A DNA stretch of 64,000 bases from Octopus vulgaris (lineage: Eukaryota). How positions within the stretch are numbered: position 1 is the first letter of the stretch; every line of letters begins with the position of its first letter. Shown here piece after piece: positions 40,023-52,879 of the stretch. The notes under the pieces are model-generated. The model had not been told where the DNA came from. It saw only the letters and a list, made by a program, of their open reading frames with translations, and did no database searches. Location of the stretch: NCBI GenBank assembly GCA_951406725.2, contig OX597831.1:65038001-65102000 (forward strand), in the 5' to 3' direction. Made by a program: the position numbers and the translations under genes.

Positions 40023-40480
40023 TTGTGTGTCTGTGTTTGTCCTCCCTAGCATTGCTTGACAACCAATGCTGGTGTGTTTAAGTCCCTGTCACTTAGCGGT
40101 TCGGCAAAAGAGACCGATAGAATAAGTACTGGGCTTACAAAGAACAAGACCTGGGGCCGATTTGCTCGACTAAAGGCGGTGCTCCAGCATGGCTGCAGTC
40201 AAATGACTGAAACAAGTAAAAGAGTAAAAGAGTAAAAGAGTATGTATAAGGCTTTCAAGCAGCTTCTCATTTTTCACATAAATCTTTTATATCATCCATG
40301 AAAAAGGAGATGATTTATCTGACCATTTCCTTTTCCCAAATCATAAGCTATTTTTTAACTTCTCGTAATATCAAACTGAATGGTATCATGGTCAATACAA
40401 ATAGTAATGGAGATAAGCTATCACCTTTAAATATACCACATCTGATGTTCACTTTCCCAAGTCTTCCAACCGTGTGGTAC
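39117..40480 (-). pseudogene. Decayed R4/Dong-like LINE RT region, interrupted by SINE A (39804-40241, +)
   Basis: GIFKGDSLSPLLFVL and MYGAHHPKGDIYQLYLKR..GL motifs on minus strand. Confidence 0.7.
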
Positions 40481-40550
40481 CATGCCGTATGCTTTTCTGT
40501 AATCCAACCATGCCTACATTCAATCCTGTCAATATGCATCTACAATTAAT

Positions 40551-40583
<33 letters not shown>

Positions 40584-40690
40584 TCTATAATATAATAGCA
40601 GTTGAAATATTTACAGTGAAATTTTAGAATAATATTTCATGTTCTTGAGCTTTTAAATCTCATTTTGTAAAACATATGTTCCTTGTTTAA

Positions 40691-40912
40691 CCCTTTCGTT
40701 ACCAACCCAGCTGAAACTGGCTCTGGCTCTGTAGTATAAATGTCTTGCTTTCATAAGTTTTGCATCAAAATATACCACCAAACCTTAGTCACAATTTGTG
40801 TTCCTAATACTAGCTGAATGATAACTAAGTTATTTTACTAAAGTCTTTGTTATATCTAAACTTAATCGAAAGAAACACAAAGCATCTTAAAATAAATACA
40901 GTAATGAAAGGG
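40691..40912. mobile_element. piggyBac-like MITE
   Basis: TTAA TSDs; TIRs CCCTTTCGTTAC / GTAATGAAAGGG. Confidence 0.8.
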
Positions 40913-41194
40913 TTAAGGGATTAATAGCCTCTCAGACTGTTGTAGCTCCTTTTAGCCCCAATTCCAAAAGGACCTTCACCAACTTTGTGAACATCTCTTT
41001 TCTTCCTCTTCTGAACAACGATGTCACAATTAGCAGTACCACTTGCTACTGTTTTCACAAACTCTTTAATCTCTTATTCTCTACTGGATTATACCTTGAC
41101 ATTTAGAAGCAAACTTCAGTGTCCTACCCAGCCAACTATCGCCCCATTGCTCTTCTAACTTCACCAAGCTAATGGATGCAGCCATTAATAATGA

Positions 41195-41255
<61 letters not shown>

Positions 41256-41299
41256 CCTCCAGTGAACCAGTTATTCACCAGAGAAGTTCAGTGAAAATG

Positions 41300-42370
41300 A
41301 TGTTGCAAAGCCTTTGACTGTGTTGGCATACAGATACTCCCATCTAAACTTCTAACCTAGGGGCTCCTTGTTTTTCTCATCTCCCGACTCAGTAGCTTCC
41401 TGTCAGATCACACCATTTCAGCATGCACCGACAGAGCTCTTTCTGGCCCAATGTCAATCAACACTTGTGTTCCCCATGATTTGGACTTGTCCCCAACTTT
41501 CTTCCTTCTGTACATGAATGACATACTTGACACCACATCCAACAACATCCTCTTATGCAAATGACATAATCCATAATTTCTCTTTAACTTTCCCCAACCT
41601 TGCACTATCCACATGTAACCCGGATGCCATGCACCAAACCTACATTGGTTTCTCTAGTGGGACAATGAGAGTTGAAAACCTCAAGCACTACTTATATTAA
41701 GAAAACACCACTGCTTCATAGCCCCTCTAAACATGATCCCTCACAGTTGTCCAAATGTTAACGTTACTATCACTTAACTGTCATATACTGTCTCTCTGAA
41801 TGAAAGTGCATCGTTAGTATGGCTAGGACCACTTCATAAAGACTAATCCTTTCTTTTGGAGTCAGCTGATATTTAAGCCTCCAACAGTTGCCAACACACT
41901 ACAAGGTTCCGGTGGAAGCAATAATGGAGTACTATTCACATATCTGGACAATGCTGCTACACACACACACACACACTCACACACACACTGACATCCTGGA
42001 TCACATCCAGAGAAAGGCTACTCAATTGATTGGCACTCCATCACTAAAAGACTCACTCCAGCCTCTGGCCCACTGGCATGCAGTCTCTTCTGTCTGTCTT
42101 TTCTAAAACTTTTTTATAATGACCTTCACTCCTCATAGCTGGCTGGTCTCATACATCAACCTCTCAGATACCCCTGACTCACTCATCCCTCCTCATCCTC
42201 TCAGCACACTTGATGTTGTCCAACTCCTCTCCAGCCTCTCATTAATCACACTGCTCAATCCTTCATCCTTAGAACATCATCCCTCTGGAATCTCCTCCTT
42301 ACTCATGTGTTTTTTGCAAGTGTTGACCTATAATAGTTTAAAGAGGACATTAATAGTATCAACCACACCA
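41300..42370 (+). pseudogene. Decayed CR1/Crack-like LINE RT 3' part
   Basis: LSPTFFLLYMND and LDHIQRKATQLIG...LQPLAH remnants. Confidence 0.55.
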
Positions 42371-43306
42371 ACCTTGGTGGGCCTGCAATGGTCATGGTCT
42401 CTACTCACTCATCTAGACTTAAAAATTAAAAACAAAAACAAAAAAATTACGAAGAAAACAGTTTTTTTTTTATCTTAATCCTTTCTTTGCCTGAACAATA
42501 TATAAGTTCAAAAACACATTACATATGCTGAACTCACATATCAAATCTAGTCAAGAAATCTTACTTCCACTCTAGTCGGCTCAGACAGTCTGGTTAAAAT
42601 GTGTTTCTTTATTACCCACAAGGGGCTAAACATAGAAGGGACAAACAAGGACAGGCGATTTTATTGACCCCAGTGCGTAACTGGTACTTAATTTATTGAC
42701 CTCGGTGGAATTTGAACTCAGAACGTAGAGTGCAAGCATGGCTGTGTGGTTATGAAGTTTGTTTCACAACCATGTGATTCTGGATTTCATGTCTCTGTGC
42801 AGCACCTTGCATAACTTGATTCAGCCATAAATAGCTTTGAGTTGACTTACAAGGAGGCAATCTGTAGCAATCTATGGTACATGGATACTGTGCAGAAGCC
42901 CATTGTTTATGTCATGTAAAAAGCACCTAGTACACTTTGTAACTGGTTGGCTTTAGGAAGTGTCTTATATAAACTGTGCTAAAGAAAAGACAAGATGGTC
43001 ATGACTGGAATGGTGTCACACTCCTAAATCCCAAATACTTCTCCCAACAATTAACAATCCCCAGAGGACAAAAAAAAATTAAGTCCTCTCAGTTCCTTCC
43101 CCTACCCGCAATTTACAGAAGTTTGAAGTGAACCCCATAGATTTCACCAGACTGGGTAAGCATTTAGGGTTCATAAGAGCTGCCCTTCTTCCTTTGATTA
43201 ATTAAAATTTAAAAACAAGAAAAACATGTGAAGTAAGTCATTTAATGTGAGAAAAGGTTAATCCATGTAAGGCTACCCTCATCAACAATTCTTTTTGCCT
43301 AAACAG

Positions 43307-43401
43307 GTCCTGCTTGTGATGACATTGAAGTACTTAAGGATATGATAAAAGCTGGAGTAAACATATTCCGTTTGGTTATGGCCTATGGTGATCGCTATTC
43401 T
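43307..43401 (+). CDS. PKM: Pyruvate kinase-like coding exon 2
   Basis: CAG|GT CCT; (G)PACDDIEVLKDMIKAGVNIFRLVMAYGDRYS; donor GTAAGT. Confidence 0.9.
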
Positions 43402-43490
43402 GTAAGTTATACATTTATATTATTGAGGCATGGGTGTGTGGTTAACAAGTTTGCTTCTCAACCCCAAGGTTCTGGGTCCAGCTCTACTGT

Positions 43491-43794
43491 TGTTTGTTCC
43501 TTCTTGAGCCATGCCTGGCTCATAAGGGCCGGTTTCCTGGTTTCCTTGACATATAGGTTCCCCACCTGGACGGAACACCGGTCCATTGCAGGTGAGCTGC
43601 AAGATGCAGGAGGAAAGAGTGAGAGAAAGTTGTGGCGAAAGAGACAGCAGAAGTTTCGCCATTTCCTTCTGTCGGAGCCGCGTGGAGCTTAGGTGTTTCG
43701 CTCATAAACACACACATCGCCTGGTCTGAGATTCGAACCCGCGATCCCTCGACCACGAGTCCGCTGCTCTAACTACTAGGCCATGTGCCTCCAC
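43491..43794 (-). mobile_element. SINE family C nested in an older SINE
   Basis: 11-bp TSD AGCTCTACTGT on both sides. Confidence 0.8.
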
Positions 43795-44275
43795 AGCTCT
43801 ACTGTACAGCACCCAGGGCAACCAAAGACTTGTAATCAGATTTAATTGAATAAAACTGAAAGAATCCCATGTATGTGGGTGGGGATATGTGTGTGTGGGT
43901 ACGTGCATGTTTGTGTCTCCTTGTCTTGACATCTGGTGATCATTAAAAATGGCCCTCAATGTCATACAAGGAATGTCATCTGTTTCCAATTTTCAACAAA
44001 GACGTCTGGCCATTGAGAAATATTGTCTTGCTTGGAAATAGGTGAGGATTGATAACCAGAAGGGGATCCAACTATAAAAAAAGCTCCCTCAATAAATTGT
44101 CTGATCTGTGCAAGTATAGAAAAGTGAATGTCAGATGTTGAGCATGATGATGATGGTGATGATTATATACTTTGTAAATATGTCTTGAGACCAAGAGTTG
44201 TGAGACTTACTGCAAGACATGCTTCAAGGCCTGCATCAGTAGTTTATGCTGAAGGTTTTATTTATTTATTTACCC

Positions 44276-44671
44276 TCTCTTTTTACTTGTTTCAGTCATT
44301 TGACTGCGGCCATGCTGGAGCACCGCCTTTAGTCGAGGAAATTGACCCCCAGGACTTATTCTTTGTAAGCCTAGTACTTATTCTATTGGTCTCTTTTTCC
44401 GAACTGCTAAGTTACGGGGACGTAAACACACCAGCATCGGTTATCGGGCGATGTTGGGGGGACAAACACAGACACACAAACACATACACGCATATATATA
44501 CATATATACGACAGGCTTCTTTCAGTTTCCATCTACCAAATCCACTCACAAGGCTTTGGTCAGCCTGAGGCTATAGTAGAAGACACTTGCCCAATGTGCC
44601 ATGCAGTGGGACTGAACCCGGAACCATGTGGTTGTTAAGCAAGCTACTTACCACACAGCCACTCCTGCGCC
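44276..44671 (-). mobile_element. SINE family A
   Basis: Full-length reverse complement of the family. Confidence 0.85.
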
Positions 44672-44879
44672 TATTTATTTATTTATTTATATATTTTGTG
44701 TGTGTGATATGAAGGTGTATGTCTAGATTTAATATATTTCCAGTAAAAATAAAATTTCTGAATTTCCAATTAATTCTTGTATGGACATTTCTTTTTTCTA
44801 GCATTTGCATAAATAAAAAATGATTTGAATGTAAATTACTGCATTTAAATGAAGAAATGTTATTATGTAAATGTTACAA

Positions 44880-45113
44880 GGCGGGTGAGCTGGCAGAAAC
44901 GTTAGCACACTGGGTGAAATGCATAACCGTATTTTGTCTGCCGTTATGTTCTGAGTTCAAATCCTGCCGAGGTCGACTTTGCCTTTCAACCTTTTGGGGT
45001 CGATAAATTAAGTACCAGTTATGCACTGGGGTCGATATAATCGACTTAATTCCTTTGTCTGTCCTTGTTTGTCCTCTCTGTGTTTAGCCCCTTGTGGGCA
45101 ATAAAGAAATAGG
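44880..45113 (+). mobile_element. SINE family B, CpG-decayed
   Basis: TSD TATTATGTAAATGTTA; many CG>TG/CA changes relative to the 13387 copy. Confidence 0.85.
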
Positions 45114-45492
45114 TATTATGTAAATGTTATTTAACCTTGAATCAGCCCTAATTGAGCAGATCTATGTTGATATTCCAGCTATGAACATTCTGTGTTTTCG
45201 TGTATCTAGGACTACATTGTCCAGTGTGATCTTGTCCCAAGATGGCAGGGTGAGACTTGAGAGTATTTGACTGCTATTTCTTCTAGATCAAGTGAAATTT
45301 CTTTGTTGTCTCTGAATACCATTATGTTTATAAATGTAGCAGATTATTAAGTTTCTTCTCAACTGTGGTCTATGAAGATGGTAGCCAGACATTTCATATA
45401 TTTAGAAAAAAGTGCTTCAACTTGATAAGGTACAGTCTCAGAATTAGGTGAAGAAAAACATGACCAGCTAGTACTCTTTAATTTTAATCTAT

Positions 45493-45795
45493 GTGGAGGC
45501 ATATGGCCTAGTGGTTAGAGCAGTGGACTCACGGTTGAGGGATCGTGGGTTTGAATCTCAGACCTGGTGATGTGTGTGTATGAGCAAAACACCTAAGCTC
45601 CACGTAGCTCCGGCAGAAGGTAATGGCAAACTTCTGCTGACTCTTTCGCCACAACTTTCTTTCACTCTTTCCTCCTGCATCTTGCAGCTCACCTGTGATG
45701 ACCAGCATCCCGTCCAGGTGGGGAATCTATATGCCAAGGAAACCGGGAAACCGGCCCTTATGAGCCAGGCATGGCTCGAGAAGGAACAAACAATC
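45493..45795 (+). mobile_element. SINE family C
   Basis: Reverse complement of 43491-43794. Confidence 0.8.
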
Positions 45796-46624
45796 TTAAT
45801 CTATAAAACTGAATGTGTATATGATTCAAGTTGTAAGCCACAGTTTTTGTACCCACATCATCATCATCATCATCATTTAATGTCTGTTTTCCATGTTGGC
45901 ATCGATTGGATGGTTTGACAGAAGTTGGCCAACTGAAGAGTTGCCCCGGCTCCGTGTTTGTTTTGGCATGGCTTCCACAGCTGGATGCTCTTCCTAACGC
46001 CAACCACTTTACAGAGCCTACTGAGTGCTTGTACACAGCACCAGCACGGGTGCTTTTATATGGCACCAGCACATTGCTGGATTTTTATGCAGAGTACTTT
46101 TTTTGCAATGAGAAGGTTCATAGACTAAGTGACTTTTTCTAAAGTTTGTTCTTTTTAGTTCCAGACAGAAGAAAAAAAACTCAGAATACTGTATAGGACC
46201 AAGCACTGCAATAAATATTGGAAAAAGTTACTAATTACAAAAATAATTTATTTATAGTTATTATGTATATTAGTCCTGTATTTTGAAAAAAAAGTATATT
46301 TTCCAAGAAAATAAGGAAAATTATATGGGTTAAATTTTCTTTTAGCTTCTGTATTTCCGGGGTGCATTTTTATAAAACTGAACTAGATCCATCTTCTGGA
46401 TAGCTTGAATGCAGCAGTTCTGAGTGAATCACCATTCTTGGGTCAGCTGAAGTTTATCAGCATCTTTCATTTGTTCTAAAAATGAACAGTTACCTCATGA
46501 AAATCTCAACGCTACAAAATAATGCATGATTGATTCAAAACAATGTTAATAAATAAGCATTACATTTGACGGAGTAATGTGAATGTTAAAGGATTAAAGC
46601 AGTTTATCCAAAATTTAGTGAATT

Positions 46625-47340
46625 CATCATCGTTATCGTTTAGTGTCCGCTTTCCATGCTAGCATGGGTTGGACGGTTCAAACTGGGGTCTGGGAAGCCA
46701 GAAGGCTGCACCAGGCCCAGTCTGATCTGGCAGTGTTTCTACAGCTGGATGCCCTTCCTAACACCAACCACTCCGTGAGTGTAGTGGGTGCTTTTTACGT
46801 GCCACCGGCACAGGTGCTAGACGAGGCTGGCAACGGGCCATGATCGGATGGTGCTTTTTATGTGCCACTGGCACAGGGGCCAGGCAAGGCTGGCAACGGC
46901 CACGATCAGATGGTGCTTTTTACATGCCACCGGCACGAGGCATGCCGGGGCGGCGCTGGCAACAGCCACGTTCAGATGGTTCTCTTACGTACCACTGGCA
47001 CTGGTATCACAACTGCAATTTCCATTGATGTTGATCAATTTCGATTTCGATTTCACTTGCTTCAACAGGTCTTCACAAGTAGAGTTTTGTGTCCCAAGAA
47101 GGAAAAGTATGCATAAGTGGACTGGCTACATCCCATGTAGAGGCCACAGGTTATGGTCTCACTTGTCCTGCTGGGTCTTCTCATGCACAGCATACTTCCA
47201 AAGGTCTCAGTCACTAGTCATTTCCTCGGTGAGACCTAAAGTTCGAAGGTCGTGCTTCACCACCTCGTCCCAGGTTTTCCTTGGTCTGCCTCTTCCACAG
47301 GTTCCCTCAACCGCTAGGGTGTGGCACTTTTTCATGAGAT
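46625..47340 (-). mobile_element. 5'-truncated RTE LINE (ORF end, long 3' UTR, (GAT)n tail)
   Basis: KKCHTLAVEGTCGRGRPRKTWDEVV on minus; shorter 3'-end copies at ~45857-46075, 47595-47750, 52903-53152, 53342-53520 (-) and 55150-55577 (+). Confidence 0.8.
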
Positions 47341-47796
47341 TATATTCTTTTTAGGGATTAATAAAGCCAGTTAAGGCTGGGTATGGCTGCTAGTATTTAG
47401 ATTAGAGCAAAAATAATAAACATGAAGTTTGTATGGTAAGTATTTAGTTTAAACTATTATAGCGCAATAGTTTGTGACAACAACAACAACTGCAAATAAA
47501 AAGCTGATATTTTATGGCAGACTTTATACTGCAGTTGAAGGCATGTAAATGATAATTATGTATTGTTGATAACTACCAAATTTTTCTGATGTCATCATTA
47601 TCATCATCATCGTTTAACGTCCGTTCTCCATGCTAGCATGTGTTGGACGGTTCGACCGGGGATCTGGGAAGCCAGAAGGCTGCACCAGGCTCCGGTCTTA
47701 TCTGGCAATGTTTCTACAGCTGGATGCCCTTCCTAATGCCAACCACTCCGATATATAATTAAATATTAATTAAATATTTAAAACTTTTTGTTATAG

Positions 47797-47919
47797 TATC
47801 ACAGCAGATTTATAACGAATATCCGCCAAGTTTCTAACGAGTTGCTAACGAATCATTCCCCAGTCGGTATTGCCATTGACATTGCTGGGCCAGAGGTCAG
47901 ACTCGGCAAGCTTAAACCG
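47797..47919 (+). CDS. PKM: Pyruvate kinase-like coding exon 3
   Basis: TAG|TAT; YHSRFITNIRQVSNELLTNHSPVGIAIDIAGPEVRLGKLKP; donor GTAAGT. Confidence 0.9.
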
Positions 47920-48214
47920 GTAAGTTTGTTTGGGATTTGCTACACTCTACTGAATGTAATAATTTACTCATTGTACGTATTCAGATATAAATCACTAAAT
48001 AATGCATAAAGGATTTTACTCATGTTTTTATGCATGTGTGTGTGAGTATGAGAGAGAGAAAGAGAGAGAGTATGCGCCAGCTATTGTTATTGGTTCACCC
48101 CTAAGTCAACATAGGCAAATCTATGATCAAAAACATTTTCCATTTGGGACTTTCCATCTTTTTCCCAGGTTTCTAAAATAGTGAAATGTGATCTGATGGG
48201 GATTCAGCTGTTAT

Positions 48215-48453
48215 TTCTTTTTTTTTTTTTCATTGCCCACAAGGGGCTAAACATAGAGGGGACAAACAAGGACGGACAGACGGATTAAGTTGATTACATC
48301 TACCCCAGTGCGTAACTGGTACTTAATTTATCGACCCCGAAAGGATGAAAGGTAAAGTCGACCTCGGCGGAATTTGAACTCAGATCGTAGCGATGAACAA
48401 AATACCCCTAAGTATTTCGTCCAGCGTGCTAACGTTTCTGCCATCTCACCACC
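48215..48453 (-). mobile_element. SINE family B
   Basis: Reverse complement of the family. Confidence 0.8.
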
Positions 48454-48724
48454 TTAATTCAGCTGTTATTTCTAGTAGATTAAGTGACAGCATAGTTGCT
48501 CCCTCATTGGTTAAATTCTCTTTCATTGTGAAAGCATTATCGAAAAAATATTATTTATAATTCAATTTTGCTGACCAAATCTTCACTCAAAGACAACATG
48601 ATAATCTACAATTCTCAGAATTTTATTAGATTTGTTTCATTGCTATAAATGAATAACAATCACTACACAAAATAGTGATGCCAGTACAACTCTTACCATT
48701 CTAAAAGAATGAAAGGCTGAAAGT

Positions 48725-49080
48725 AATGTTACTTACTCTATGTACTTGTACTTGTGGCAACATTCACCCTGGGTGGGTTGAGTCGGCTTCTTCTACCACC
48801 CTCGGAGCATTGAGAATTCATGGAAGAAGTTTCGTGGGAATATGTGGATTTCACAAGCGGTTCCCAACAACTGCATGTAGAGACATCCTGTTTGCTGCAG
48901 ATTGTCTGCAGACGCAGGCACAGAACGACCGAGGAGCCACCGGTTGCCGAAACAGACACTCCGAGGATTTTCACCAGAGCCCCGTCTGCCGGGTTGTGGC
49001 CCTAATACCACTCGGTGTCAGACCAATCCGCCTTCGGTGGCCCTACCAGGAAACCAAAGTTCCCGACGACATAGCTCTGA
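48725..49080 (-). mobile_element. Short RTE-derived non-autonomous element (5' UTR-like part joined to a 3' tail)
   Basis: Minus strand GAGCTATGTC...CCTGGTAGGGCCACC resembles RTE 5' UTRs (recalled, not searched); ends in AAGTAC/GTAA repeats. Confidence 0.4.
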
Positions 49081-49733
49081 CACTACCCGTTGCCAAAGTA
49101 ATGTTAACCCAATTCACAGTATATTTCTAACAGCAGTCATGGTGAGATTGTCAAAGGGTTTGGAACAACGGAAATATCTGAATCAAATTTGTGTTGGATT
49201 TGGCCTAATCCAGTGATTCCCGATGTGGGGCCTGGGAAGATTGAGATCCAAAATTTTTTAGTGGGACATAGAATTGTGAAAATCTTTTTTGCACAGCAAA
49301 CATACTACACCTATACGTTTTTCCAGCCACTGGTGGGGGCCTATATTTTTCTGGAAAGTTATAGTGGAGCCTGGGGAAAATAGATTAGGAAACACTCGCC
49401 AAATCCATGTGAAATGGGACAATAATGTGGAATCCCCTTTCTGTGAATGTAGAACAATTGAGCCAGTGAGTTTCTTAGTGATTTACCCAATACCTATGTT
49501 TTCATTTGTTTAAGTAATAACACAAAGAATGTGCAAGGTTGTGTAAAATAAAATAGGAAGATATGGTATAGATATAAAACTGGAAAATAGATAACAATAA
49601 AAATATTGACTAGCCTAGGCTACTTATTTTATTTATGTTCTGATTACAGAAAATATGTAACCATTCACATATTTCAGAAACTGAAGAAAATTGTAAATAA
49701 TTCATTAGTTCTACTGATTTCTTTTAAATTCAG

Positions 49734-49920
49734 GAACTTGGAAGAGAAATATTCTTTAAACATCGATCAGTCGTACGAATCAGCTATGACTCAGAAAACA
49801 CCAACAATATGGATGATAGCTTCCTGTATATAGATCAGCAGAAACTTATTGACTATGCTAAGGTTGACAGTATCATTGTCATTGAGGATGGACCTCTTTC
49901 ACTTATGGTTGTAGATAAAG
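49734..49920 (+). CDS. PKM: Pyruvate kinase-like coding exon 4 (B domain)
   Basis: CAG|GAA; ELGREIFFK...FLYIDQQKL...IVIEDGPLSLMVVDK; 187 nt, same as the vertebrate PKM exon. Confidence 0.9.
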
Positions 49921-50131
49921 GTTTGTGTTTTCTTTTAATGTATATTATGGTTTTATGGTGGGGTACAGTGGGTGGGTGGGTGGGTGGGTTGTACTTATTC
50001 TATCGGCCTCTTTGATGAACCACTAAGTTATGGGGATGTAAATACACCAACACTAGTGGTCAAGTGATGAAAGGAGGGTGGATTTACAAACACATACACA
50101 AAGATACACATAGATATATACATGTGTGTGT

Positions 50132-50180
<49 letters not shown>

Positions 50181-51486
50181 CGAGCAAAACGCCCCCCCGC
50201 CCCGTCCAATGGACGGTGCTGAGTTGTCAAACATTTAAACCAAATTTTCTCAAAACAACTTGTCCCACTGTCCCATAGGTCTCCCCTTTGAGAAACACTG
50301 ATTTAACCTAAATTTGAGACACCAGCAAAAGAAGAAATAAAGATAGACTTTTTTTCTATTCCAAAGAAAAACTATTTTATTCACACAAATATGCAGCCAA
50401 AGAGTTTAAAGTACCAGTAATGATAAGGCTGTTGACTGGGAGAACACAAACATGGTTTAAACAGTAAGCTTGACAGGAAAGAAACATGCCTTTAAGCAGT
50501 ACAAAAACAACAAAAAATGGAAGGTGTCGTTATGTACAGGTTGACAGAAGAAAAGCAGAACAAAAATGATGCCTGCAAATGGGTTAGCTGGAGGTAAATC
50601 TAGATGGAAAAGCATGATGAATTTATGAGAACGTACCTGGGACAATAATAAGTTTATCCAATAAAACATGTAGGAAATCAACTTGGGGTGATTTTTGATG
50701 AAAAGCAACAACCTAAGTAACTAAGTAACTAATTTTAAGCTAACTTACTTTACAGGATGTTCAAGGGCATGGAAAAGCTAGTGGAGCGCAGCCTTGTAAA
50801 CCACATTCCTTGTTATTCCATCTGCAGCGTAGTAGAAAAAGTTTGTTGAACAGTCAACCCTCGAACAGCCCACATACAGTTGTCAGTGCGAAAAGCAGGG
50901 AGTGCTGAGGTCCAACCCCACGACTTTCAATGACTGCCCCCGTGCTTTGTTGATAGTCATCGCGAAGCTCATGTGAATAGGGAATTGAATGCGTTTCATC
51001 GGGTAAACACAGTCTGACGGAATCAATGGCATGCAGGAAATAAAAACAACATCCCCTGCTCCTTGACCCGTGATAACTTTTGCCTCGAGAACGTCATCCA
51101 AAAGTTGAGTGAGAACCAACCGAGTGTCATTACAAAGTCATGGGGATTCCAAGTTTCGGAGGAGAATAATGGGACTTCCAACCTTGAGGCAAAGTTTATG
51201 GGGTGGCAAACCCAATGGTTCTTGTGAATTAAGAAACTCAGTCAGGTACACCATGACTTGCTCTGGGTCAGTAATTGGATCGACGGATGCATGTACAAAT
51301 GTACGTTCCCACGGCTTTATCGATCGCATTCTCACCTGGAATCTATTTTTGTAATTTTTTCAAGACTTATACACACCCTGATACCGTCGGTGTCTACATA
51401 TCAAATTTGAGCACAATCGGATGGGGGATGCCCAAGATCCTAGAAGACACACAGACAAACAGCCAGAACAGATTTTATATAATAGA
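50181..51486 (-). mobile_element. Internally deleted Helitron retaining a PIF1-like helicase C-terminal fragment
   Basis: 5' TC, 3' hairpin and CTCG|T; EFLNS.EPLGLPPHKLCLKVGSPIILLRNL and QFPIHMSFAMTINKARGQSL motifs with stops (~50790-51340). Confidence 0.85.
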
Positions 51487-51604
51487 TATATAATGATTGC
51501 CAGCTCACCACCTTACTACACACTTCTTACCACACAGCCACGTTTGTGCTTATATTTTTATAATCATCAATTTTTTAATTTTTTTAATTTTTATACCTCT
51601 TCTG

Positions 51605-52612
51605 TGTTCACTAGAGTACACTTACTGTACCTCCTCTAAGTTCATTACAATACACTTATTCTACCACCTCTATTTTCACTAGAGTACACTTACTGTACCT
51701 CCTCTATTTTCACTGGAGTACACTTACTGTACCTCCTCTATTTTCACTAGAGTACACTTACTGTACCTCCTCTATTTTCACTAGAGTACACTTACTGTAC
51801 CTCCTCTATTTTCACTAGAGTACACTTACTGTACCTCCTCTATTTTCACTAGAGTACACTTACTTATCTTCTCTATTTCCACTAGAGTACACTTACTGTA
51901 CCTCCTCTATTTCCACTAGAATACACTTACTGTACCTCCTCTATTTCCCCTAGAGTACACTTATTGAACCTCATCTATTTTCACTAGAGTACACTTACTG
52001 TACCTCCTCTATTTCCCCTAGAGTACACTTACTGAACCTCATCTATTTTCACTAGAGTACACTTACTGTACCTCCTCTATTTTCACTAGAGTACACTTAC
52101 TGTACATCCTCTATTTTCACTAGAGTACACTTACTGTACCTCCTCTATTTCCCCTAGAATACACTTACTGAACCTCCTCTATTTTCACTAGAATATACTT
52201 ACTGTACCTCCTCTATTTCCACTAGAGTACACTTACTGTACATCTCTATTTTCACTAGAGTACACTTACTGAACCTCCTCTATTTCCACTAGAATACACT
52301 TACTGTACCTCCTCTATTTTCACTAGAATACACTTACTGAACCTCCTCTATTTCCACTAGAATACACTTACTGTACCTCCTCTATTTTCACTAGAGTACA
52401 CTTACTGTATCTTCTCTATTTTCACTAGAGTACACTTACTGTACCTTCTCTATTTTCACTAGAGTACACTTACTGTACCTTCTCTATTTTCACTAGAGTA
52501 CACTTACTGTATCTTCTCTATTTTCACTAGAGTACACTTACTGTACCTTCTCTATTTTCACTAGAGTACACTTACTGTATCTTCTCTATATTTACTACAA
52601 TACACTTACTGT
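51605..52612. repeat. 34-bp minisatellite, ~29 copies
   Basis: Unit TTTTCACTAGAGTACACTTACTGTACCTCCTCTA. Confidence 0.95.
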
Positions 52613-52727
52613 ACAGTATTCATAATAAATACGTTCAAAGTTGTGTATAAATTCATATAAATAGTAATCAAAACCTAGTAAAACGGGATAATCCAAAACA
52701 TTACATAAGCTTTCTTTCTTCCAACAG

Positions 52728-52879
52728 AACTGCAGCTTCAGAAGTCCACCTTAATCTGTGAAGTTATTGAAGAGGGCCTTCTTGGTAACAGGCAGACGTG
52801 CCACATGAAAGGGATGCCAGACATGTATGAACTGAGTGACAATGATAAAAACGACCTGAAGTTTGCTTTGGACGAAAAG
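52728..52879 (+). CDS. PKM: Pyruvate kinase-like coding exon 5
   Basis: CAG|AA; LICEVIEEGLLGNRQTCHMKGMPDMYELSDNDKNDLKFALDEK; donor GTGCAA. Confidence 0.85.

Noticed and set aside
38072-52612. 32-bp and 34-bp arrays as CRISPR
   Set aside because: Units are contiguous with no unique spacers, no cas genes, eukaryotic introns
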